Source: an uncultured delta proteobacterium (GTDB taxonomy: Bacteria; Desulfobacterota; RBG-13-43-22). From it: a DNA stretch of 64,000 nucleotides. The notes under the pieces were generated by a model. It saw nothing but the letters and a program-made list of their open reading frames with translations, had not been told where the DNA came from and did not search any database. Made by a program: the position numbers and the translations under genes. Location: assembly GCA_963790475.1 (NCBI GenBank), contig CAWBOS010000006.1, forward strand, positions 384,001-448,000. Reading direction: 5' to 3'. Positions 40,000 to 47,752 of this stretch are shown here, in pieces. Within the stretch, counting starts at the first letter, position 1. The number at the start of each line of letters is the position of its first letter.

Positions 40000-41151
40000 C
40001 TATAGGCATTCGTAAAGGGCATCCACCAGGATTTTCGACCGGGGGAGATCCTCCGGATTGACCTGCATCTGATTCATGACATACCCGAATCCGATTTTGG
40101 CCGCAGGATCGGCAAACCCCAGGGAACCGCCGGCACCGGCATGACCGAAGGTGTTCGGATTGGGACCATATGATGATTCGGTGTTAAGACCGAATCCCCT
40201 TGCAAAACGTCTGGGCCGACCGAGTACCAGATCGGGCCGGCTGCCTCCCACTTCTTCAATAACGGCGTTTTCTATCCCTCGTTTACTAATGACGCGGATT
40301 CCGTCTATTTCTCCACCGTTGGCCAGCATCCCATAGATTCGGGCGATTCCCCGTGCATTGGCCTGGCCGTTTGCCGCCGCGATTTCCGCTTTGCGCCAGG
40401 CAGTGGAGCTGGCGTCCTTGAACGGGCGAATGTCCGGATTCATCAGGGCGATAGGGTAGAAGTCCGGCATTTTGGGCGAGGATTCCGGGATTTTTACGGG
40501 AACCCGGGCCCGGTTTGGGCCGATCATGTAACTGGTGCGCTCCATTTCCGAATCAGGCAGGCCGATGAAAAAATCAGCATTCAAGGGACCGGCCACTTTT
40601 TCCCGGAAATAGGTCCCCAGGGTTCTCCCGCTGATCCGCCGGATGATCTCGCCCGGGAAATATCCCCAGGTCACTGCGTGGTATCCGCACCCCTTTCCGG
40701 GTTCCCATAATGGTTTCTGACCGGCCAGGAGCGACACCATCTTTTCCCAATTATATAAATCTTCGATGGCCAGCTTTTGCCTAACGCCGCACAATCCGGC
40801 CTGGTGGGACAGCAATTGGGCCACAGTCACCTTTTCTTTGCCATTGGCACCAAACTCCGGCCAGTAATCCACGACGCTGTCGGAGTAGTCCAGTTTTCCC
40901 TCATCAGCAAGGATGGCCATTGCCAGGGAACCCATTCCCTTTGTAGTCGAGTAAACGTTGACCAGTGTATTTTCCGCCCATGGTCTGCTGCATTGGGCGT
41001 CGAGCCAGCCTCCCCAGATATCGACCGCCACACGGCCTCCAACCACAACGCTGCAGGCGGCTCCCACCTCATATCCCAGCCAGTTGGCTTTAAAGGCCTC
41101 CTTTACCTTATCAAACCCCGGAGCGATATAGCCTTTGATTTCCACACGCAT
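40000..41151 (-). CDS. Serine hydrolase, beta-lactamase/esterase family
   Basis: STTK, LLSHQAGL, YHAVTWG, FGHAGAGGS. Confidence 0.92.
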   Translation of the reverse strand: MRVEIKGYIAPGFDKVKEAFKANWLGYEVGAACSVVVGGRVAVDIWGGWLDAQCSRPWAENTLVNVYSTTKGMGSLAMAILADEGKLDYSDSVVDYWPEFGANGKEKVTVAQLLSHQAGLCGVRQKLAIEDLYNWEKMVSLLAGQKPLWEPGKGCGYHAVTWGYFPGEIIRRISGRTLGTYFREKVAGPLNADFFIGLPDSEMERTSYMIGPNRARVPVKIPESSPKMPDFYPIALMNPDIRPFKDASSTAWRKAEIAAANGQANARGIARIYGMLANGGEIDGIRVISKRGIENAVIEEVGGSRPDLVLGRPRRFARGFGLNTESSYGPNPNTFGHAGAGGSLGFADPAAKIGFGYVMNQMQVNPEDLPRSKILVDALYECL

Positions 41152-41280
41152 GTTTTCTCCTCTTTAATAAGAAGTTGCTTTTTTATGAGAAAAGCATAAA
41201 GCAAAGAAAAGATGGGATCAAGGAGAAAATCAGGAAAAGGCAGGGAGACCAAAGGGGACATGTGAAGAAAAGGTGACTAG

Positions 41281-42939
41281 GAGTCTGTCGGACTTAAATG
41301 TTTTATAGTCAAAATTTTATTTAAGAAGAGAAAAATCTCTTGGTTAAATCTAAGTTTTATGGTAGAATATAAAACTAATTCAATAAGTTAAATTAACATT
41401 TTTTATAATTTTATGACCACACCAAGAGAGCCACATGAACCCTCCACGATTTAAGTGTTGTGACCGTGACACCCTATACCTTTTGCCTCCCTCTATCCAC
41501 GATTGGCTTCCGGAAAATCATCTGGCCCGTTTTATTGTGGAGGTAGTAATCAAACTTGATTTAAGGCCTATTGAAAATGCGTACAATGGCCGGGGTTCCG
41601 ATGCCTATTCTCCTGCTATGATGCTGGCCTTGCTTTTTTACGGTTATGCGACCGGGGTTTTCTCCAGCCGCAAACTGGAATTGGCCACCTATGAGTCGGT
41701 AGCTTTTCGTTATATTACCGCCAACCAGCATCCGGATCATGACACCATTGCTGGTTTCCGGAAACGTTTTTTGGAGGAATTAAAGCCGCTATTCACCCAA
41801 ATCCTGATGATTGCCCAAACTATGGGTATAGTCAAGTTGGGCCAGGTGGCTTTAGACGGAACCAAAATCAAAGCCAATGCCTCCAAACATAAGGCCTTGA
41901 GTTGGGATCATGCCTGTAAACTGGAACAACAGATCCGGGCCGAGGTCGATGCGCTCTTACGTCAGGCCGAAGCAGCGGAACGAGAAGAGATTCCTGACGG
42001 GATGAACATCCCGGAGGAATTGGGTCGAAGAGAAAAACGCCTTCAGACTATTGACCTGGCCAAGCAAGAGATCGAACGTCGCGCTGCGGAGCGTTATGCC
42101 AAAGAACAAGAAATCTACGACCAGAAGAGGGCCGCCCGTAAAGCCAAAGAGCAAGAAAGTGGTAAAAAACCCAAGGGACGTAAACCTGAACCACCCGAGC
42201 CCGGTCCTAAAAAAAACGACCAAATGAATCTAACCGATGAAGACTCCCGGATTATGCCTGCTGCCGGAGGAACCTTTGAACAAGCTTACAACGCTCAAGC
42301 CGGCGTGGATCTGAATACCATGCTCATCGTAGAAAATCATGTCACTCAACAACCCAATGACAAGCAAGAAATTGAAAATACCTTGGGAAATCTGACTTCC
42401 TTACCAAACCAGTTAGGCACGGTTGACACATTAGTAGCCGACTCAGGCTATTTTAGCGAAACCAATCTGAATAAGTGTGAAGCCGAGCAGATCACCCCCT
42501 ATATTGCTGTAAATCGTGAAGAACACAATATTCCCTTAGAAGAACGTTTTGCCCGGCCTGAACCTTTACCGGAAGATGCTGATGTGCTGACCCGAATGAA
42601 GCATCGGCTAAAAACACCCGAGGGCAAAAAGATATACGCCCAGCGGAAAAGCACGGTCGAACCGGTATTTGGCATCATCAAGGCCATCATGGGCTTTCGA
42701 CAATTTTTCCTTCGAGGGTTAACAGCGGTCAGTGGTGAATGGAACTTAGTCTGCATGGCCTACAATTTAAAAAGAATGCATATCTTAGCCCATTAATAAT
42801 AATGACCGAGCAATTGCAAGGAAAAATTGTCGAAAAAAGCTTGATATCTTTATTGTTGAACTAAAAACCCCTTTGATCCTCTAAGAAAAAATCCGATCCC
42901 TTTTGTATAATAATTATGAGTTTCAAGACCGACAAACTC
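41281..42939 (+). mobile_element. IS1182-family insertion sequence, complete (1659 bp)
   Basis: Imperfect IRs GAGTCTGTCGGACTTAAA / GAGTTTGTCGGTCTTGAA (15 of 18 match); CTAG duplicated at 41277-41280 and 42940-42943. Confidence 0.93.
41435..42796 (+). CDS. IS1182-family transposase
   Basis: SSRKLE, PDHDTIAGFR, ALDGTKIKANAS, TDEDSR, ADSGY, RKSTVEPVFG. Confidence 0.95.
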   Translation: MNPPRFKCCDRDTLYLLPPSIHDWLPENHLARFIVEVVIKLDLRPIENAYNGRGSDAYSPAMMLALLFYGYATGVFSSRKLELATYESVAFRYITANQHPDHDTIAGFRKRFLEELKPLFTQILMIAQTMGIVKLGQVALDGTKIKANASKHKALSWDHACKLEQQIRAEVDALLRQAEAAEREEIPDGMNIPEELGRREKRLQTIDLAKQEIERRAAERYAKEQEIYDQKRAARKAKEQESGKKPKGRKPEPPEPGPKKNDQMNLTDEDSRIMPAAGGTFEQAYNAQAGVDLNTMLIVENHVTQQPNDKQEIENTLGNLTSLPNQLGTVDTLVADSGYFSETNLNKCEAEQITPYIAVNREEHNIPLEERFARPEPLPEDADVLTRMKHRLKTPEGKKIYAQRKSTVEPVFGIIKAIMGFRQFFLRGLTAVSGEWNLVCMAYNLKRMHILAH

Positions 42940-42955
42940 CTAGGCTATTTCTAAT

Positions 42956-43405
42956 CTAATGCTTAATTAGAGTCAGGGAGAGATCATTTTTCTTTATGTC
43001 TATGTAACTTCTTTTTCGCTGCAGGAGCTCATAGAGCAAGGCCAGGAAGGGTTTATCCCCTCTGGGATAGTTGGTCTTTATCGGCCCGGCAGCCCGCATG
43101 GATTCAATATACTCTATGGGTACGGCGGTCCGGAGCAGAAACTCGTCATCCGAGAGACCTTCTCCGAATTCATGCCGCATCTCCTCCAGAGAGGGTTGGA
43201 CCGGCTTCCAATTTAATAATTCCTGGGTTCTTGGCAGATTCATGATTTTGTCTAACAGGGCCGGATCGATCCGGCCGAGCGGTTTGACCGCGTAATCCAA
43301 AACGACCTTCTGGATCACTTCATCAGAGATTGATCGGTAACGTTCTCCGGCCATAACATTCATGGTCGCCTGGGCCACGATATACTGGGAGGCCGGTGTG
43401 ACCAT
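42956..43405 (-). pseudogene. 5'-truncated carboxyltransferase (pyruvate carboxylase B / oxaloacetate decarboxylase alpha-like) fragment
   Basis: Starts mid-domain at MVTPASQYIVAQATMNV...ERY; the upstream TIM barrel is missing. Confidence 0.75.
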
Positions 43406-43407
43406 AA

Positions 43408-43517
43408 TCTGAAGAGGCTATTGAGAAACATTATAAAGACCAGTATGCAATACCTTTGATTGGATGAAAGAAGCGAATGGGTTTGTGGAGTGGTTAAGAA
43501 ATATGGGGCTTACCGGT
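43408..43517 (+). pseudogene. Short diverged fragment paralogous to the methyltransferase at 33559
   Basis: Aligns to 33673-33783; identical 32-bp core at 43447-43478 and 33713-33744. Confidence 0.85.
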
Positions 43518-43572
43518 AGGCTACCGCCGTAAAATTCCAATCAATGAATTCCTCGTTCATGACAAAAATATC

Positions 43573-43607
43573 TTGACTTATAATGTTATAATGCTATAGC
43601 ATAATAA
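43573..43607 (+). promoter_or_regulatory. Promoter/operator of the hsd operon
   Basis: TTGACT at 43573; TATAATG repeats; perfect palindrome ATGCTATAGCAT 43591-43602. Confidence 0.6.
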
Positions 43608-43626
43608 TTAAAAATCGGAGGTTGTT

Positions 43627-45447
43627 ATGCTGGATAGCAAGGATATTAGCATGATTATTAAGGAACTCAGAAGTAAACTGAACTTCAGCCAGGAAGAATT
43701 AGCAGCAAAACTGGGCGTCTCCTTTGCCACGGTAAACCGTTGGGAAAACGAGAAGATAACACCTCGGGGAAAAGCCAAAGAGGCCATCATGAAGTTGATA
43801 GAAGAGTCGGGGCTCGACCAGGACACTTTGGAAACCACCGGTGATTCAGTCACCAATCATAATAAACGCCGCCGGAAATTATCCAAAGAAGATGTCCTCA
43901 GCACAAAATCCATGGAACAGATGCTCTGGAGCGCCGCCTGTTCCATTCGTGGGGAGAAGGACGCGCCGAAGTTCAAGGATTACATCCTGCCTCTCGTTTT
44001 TATCAAACGCCTATCCGATGTCTTCGAAGATGAAATCGAACGGCTGGCCGAGACTTATGGCGACCGGGAGACGGCGCTGACAATCATCGAGGCCGATCAT
44101 CAACTGGTCCGCTTTTATATCTCCCCCGAAGCGCGCTGGGTGGTGGTCAGCGGTCGGGAAAAGTTCGACTGGCCTGAAGACCGCAAGCCCAAAACATTGG
44201 GCGAACAACTCACCATGACCGTCCGAGCCATCGCCAAGGCCAATCCTTCACTGACAGGGGTCATCGACATCGTGGATTATAATGAGACCCGCAACGGGGA
44301 ACGGGAAATCAGCGATGCGGCCTTGTCCGGCGTGATCGAGACTCTGTCCGATCCACGCTACCGATTGGGACTGTATGATGTGGAGCCGGATTTCCTGGGC
44401 CGGGCCTATGAATATCTCCTTCGAAAATTTGCCGAAGGCCAGGGACAGAGCGCCGGTGAATTCTTCACGCCTACGGAAGTGGGGTGGCTGATGGCCTATA
44501 TCCTGCGTCCCCGCCAGGGTGAAGAAGTCTATGATTATGCCTGCGGCTCCGCCGGATTGCTCATCAAGTGCGAACTGGCCCTCCAGGAACGTGAAATCAA
44601 AGTTCAGCGGCCTTTGAAACTCTATGGGCAGGAACTGACTGGTTCCAGCTACGCCATCGCCCGGATGAACATGGTCGTTCACGATATGGAGGGCGAAATT
44701 GTCCGCGGCAACTCTATGACCAATCCGAAATTCAAGGATTCCGATTCCAGCCTGAAGAAATTCGACATCGTTGTGGCCAATCCCATGTGGAACCAGCCCT
44801 TTGATCCGGTTGTTTATGAGAATGACCCCTTTGATCGTTTTGAATCCCAGGGAGGCGTCACCACCGGCAAGGCCGACTTCGCCTGGCTACAGCATACCGC
44901 CGCTTCGCTGAGTACCCACGGCCGCGCCGCCATCGTCCTTGACACGGGGGCCATCACGCGGGGCAGCGGCAGTAAGAGCGAAGACCGGGAAAAGAAAATC
45001 CGTCAGTGGTTTGTAGAACGCGATTGGATTGAAGGTGTCATCCTTCTGCCCGACAACCTTTTCTACAACACCCCCTCTGCCGGAATCATCATTTTCTTTA
45101 ACAAGGCCAAACCAAAGACCCGGCAGGGAAAGATCATCCTGGTTAACGCCGGCCGGGAATTCAAGAAAGGCAGGCCAAAAAACTATATTCCTGATGAAAA
45201 CATCCGCAAGATCGCCAATGCCTTTATCAAAGGGGAAGACGCCGATAAGTTCGTCAAGGTCATCACGACGGCGGAGGCCGCGGAAAATGATTTCAACCTG
45301 TCGCCGTCGAGATATGTAGATTTGAATGAAGGGGAAATCTACCGGCCGATACCAAGTATTCTGAAAGAACTGAAGGGACTGGAAAAGAAAGTTGAAATTG
45401 TCAACAATGATTTAGAAGTGATTTTCAAAAAAATGCACTTCAGGTGA
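43627..45447 (+). CDS. hsdM: Type I R-M methyltransferase HsdM with N-terminal XRE-type HTH
   Basis: SQEELAAKLGVSFATVNRWE HTH; GRAYEYLL, GEFFTP, DYACGSAG, NPMW, LFYNT, NLSPSRY. Confidence 0.93.
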   Translation: MLDSKDISMIIKELRSKLNFSQEELAAKLGVSFATVNRWENEKITPRGKAKEAIMKLIEESGLDQDTLETTGDSVTNHNKRRRKLSKEDVLSTKSMEQMLWSAACSIRGEKDAPKFKDYILPLVFIKRLSDVFEDEIERLAETYGDRETALTIIEADHQLVRFYISPEARWVVVSGREKFDWPEDRKPKTLGEQLTMTVRAIAKANPSLTGVIDIVDYNETRNGEREISDAALSGVIETLSDPRYRLGLYDVEPDFLGRAYEYLLRKFAEGQGQSAGEFFTPTEVGWLMAYILRPRQGEEVYDYACGSAGLLIKCELALQEREIKVQRPLKLYGQELTGSSYAIARMNMVVHDMEGEIVRGNSMTNPKFKDSDSSLKKFDIVVANPMWNQPFDPVVYENDPFDRFESQGGVTTGKADFAWLQHTAASLSTHGRAAIVLDTGAITRGSGSKSEDREKKIRQWFVERDWIEGVILLPDNLFYNTPSAGIIIFFNKAKPKTRQGKIILVNAGREFKKGRPKNYIPDENIRKIANAFIKGEDADKFVKVITTAEAAENDFNLSPSRYVDLNEGEIYRPIPSILKELKGLEKKVEIVNNDLEVIFKKMHFR

Positions 45448-45466
45448 TAGAGAAAGAACTTTTTTT

Positions 45467-46744
45467 ATGAAAATACTTATGAGTATGCCATCAGATTGGT
45501 CAAAAAAAACTATTGATTCTATTTGCCTTAAGACTGAGCAATGGATTCCAAGCAAAGACAAACGGGATTCTTTCCTCTATATTGACGTCTCCTCTGTTTC
45601 AAATAGTACCTATTCAATTAAAGACACTTCCCGGGTTAAAGCAGAAACTGCACCAGGTAGAGCACGTAAGATCGTGAAATGGCAGGACACGATTTTCGCA
45701 ACAATTAGACCATCCCTCAAAAGAGTGGCATTCATAACACAAGAATACGAAGATCAGATTGCGTCAACGGCATTCTGTGTTATTAGGCCGAATCAGAAAC
45801 AAGCTACGCCATTATATGTTTATTTCTTCTTACTTTCTGACTTCTTAAATAGTGAAATTACTGGTTTACAGCATGGAGCCAGTTATCCTGCGGTTACGGA
45901 TAAAGATGTTTTGAATCAAACTATTTCCCTCCCTCCTCTTACAGAGCAGCAAAAAATAGCCGCCATTCTTTTCAAGATTCAAAAAGCGATTGAGATTCAG
46001 GAATCCATTATCGAGAAGACGCAGGAACTGAAAAAATCCACCCTGTACCATGTCTTTACACATGGCCTGCGTGGAGAACAGTTAAAAGAAACAGAGATCG
46101 GGCCAATACCGGAAAGTTGGGACGTTGTACCGATAGGGAAAGTATATGATTTTACCAAAAAACCTAAAGAGATAATATACACTAACTATGATCACTTACC
46201 TTTCATTGCAATGGATTTGATACCCATTGGCTTGCCAAATTCAGGCAAGTTCAAATTCAAGAAATCAACAGAAATTTCAAGCGGGACATATGTCGAAGAT
46301 GGCGACATTCTTTTATCGAAAATCACTCCCTGTTTTGAAAACGGGAAACAATGTATCGTTACTGGACTACCTGATGGATTTGGAATTGCGTCAACGGAAG
46401 TAATCCCGATCAAGGAGAAACCGGGAATAAGCGACAAATATTTATTATATTACCATCTCTTAAAAGATGATGTCCGTAAACTGATCGCTGGTAAAATGGA
46501 AGGTGCGACAGGACGGCAGAGGGTTCCTGTGAATCTTTTACAGAAATTTATGATCCCGTTCCCTTCGTTAACTGAGCAGCAAGAGATGGCAGAATTATTT
46601 TTGTCTATCGACCAGAAGAACGAGCTCCACACTGCTAAGAAATCCTCCCTGCAAGATCTCTTCAAAACCATGCTGAACAAACTGATGACGGGCGAGATTC
46701 GGGTGAAGGATCTGGATATGGATGTAACCGAGGTAGGTGCATGA
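45467..46744 (+). CDS. hsdS: Type I R-M specificity subunit HsdS
   Basis: Two TRDs bounded by LPPLTEQQKIA and PFPSLTEQQEMA; KETEIGPIPESW; LMTGEIRV. Confidence 0.93.
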   Translation: MKILMSMPSDWSKKTIDSICLKTEQWIPSKDKRDSFLYIDVSSVSNSTYSIKDTSRVKAETAPGRARKIVKWQDTIFATIRPSLKRVAFITQEYEDQIASTAFCVIRPNQKQATPLYVYFFLLSDFLNSEITGLQHGASYPAVTDKDVLNQTISLPPLTEQQKIAAILFKIQKAIEIQESIIEKTQELKKSTLYHVFTHGLRGEQLKETEIGPIPESWDVVPIGKVYDFTKKPKEIIYTNYDHLPFIAMDLIPIGLPNSGKFKFKKSTEISSGTYVEDGDILLSKITPCFENGKQCIVTGLPDGFGIASTEVIPIKEKPGISDKYLLYYHLLKDDVRKLIAGKMEGATGRQRVPVNLLQKFMIPFPSLTEQQEMAELFLSIDQKNELHTAKKSSLQDLFKTMLNKLMTGEIRVKDLDMDVTEVGA

Positions 46745-47739
46745 AAGAAGAGCCCAAAGGAGAAATCGTCATCTATCAAACTGACGATGGCAAAGCTGCC
46801 CTGGAAGTCAACCTGCGAGGAGAGACACTGTGGTTAAATCAAAGCCACATGTCCCTCCTGTTTGACAGGGACCGGTCTGTTATCACAAAGCACTTGAGCA
46901 ATATATTCAAGAGCGGGGAATTGGATAAGAAAAGCAATGTGCAAAAAATGCACGTTGCTGGTTCCGACAAACCGGTAGTTTACTATAATCTGGATGTCAT
47001 TATTTCACTTGGTTATCGTGTGAACTCAAGACGCGGCACCCAGTTCCGCATCTGGGCTTCCCAGGTCCTCAAAGATCATATCCTGAAGGGTTATTCCATC
47101 AATGAAAAGCGGCTGCGGGAGCAGAACGCCCGCCTCCTCGAATTGCAAAAGACAGTCAGCCTCTTGCAGCGAGTCATGGAAGGCCGGGAGCTGGCCCGCG
47201 ATGAAGCCACTGGGCTTCTCCAGGTGATTACGGATTACTCCTATGCCCTATCGCTCCTGGATCAGTACGATCACCAGCAGTTAAAAATCAGAGGTACCAC
47301 GAAAAAAATCCCTTTTGCCCTGACCTACGAAGCGGCGCGGAGAGCCATCGACAAACTTGGGGAGCAATCGAGGAAAAAAGGACAATCCGTGGTATTATTC
47401 GGGCGGGAAAAGGATCAATCGTTTCAAAGTTCCCTGGGCGCCATCTACCAGACCTTTGACGGCAAAGAGGTCTATCCCAGCATTGAAGAGAAGGCGGCCC
47501 ACCTCCTCTATTTCGTGATCAAGAATCATTCTTTTATCGACGGCAACAAGCGGATAGGTGCTTTCCTGTTTATCTGGTTTCTGGATGCCGGAGGCATTCT
47601 GTACGCCGAGGACGGCCGCAAGCGAATAGGCGACAATGCCCTTGTAGCTCTGACCCTCATGATTGCAGAGAGTCGGTCCGAAGACAAAGACATCATCATC
47701 AAGGTCATCGTGAACCTGATCAACAGTGATAACATATGA
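46741..47739 (+). CDS. RhuM/Fic (DOC) family protein
   Basis: YNLDVIISLGYRVNS...GTQFRIWA (RhuM) and HSFIDGNKRIG (Fic). Confidence 0.92.
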   Translation: MKEEPKGEIVIYQTDDGKAALEVNLRGETLWLNQSHMSLLFDRDRSVITKHLSNIFKSGELDKKSNVQKMHVAGSDKPVVYYNLDVIISLGYRVNSRRGTQFRIWASQVLKDHILKGYSINEKRLREQNARLLELQKTVSLLQRVMEGRELARDEATGLLQVITDYSYALSLLDQYDHQQLKIRGTTKKIPFALTYEAARRAIDKLGEQSRKKGQSVVLFGREKDQSFQSSLGAIYQTFDGKEVYPSIEEKAAHLLYFVIKNHSFIDGNKRIGAFLFIWFLDAGGILYAEDGRKRIGDNALVALTLMIAESRSEDKDIIIKVIVNLINSDNI

Positions 47740-47752
47740 GCAGGACGAAATC

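Noticed and set aside
45444-45467. T7 tract before hsdS as a phase-variation switch
   Set aside because: An in-frame ATG follows the tract, so hsdS is intact regardless; no duplicate hsdS or invertase seen
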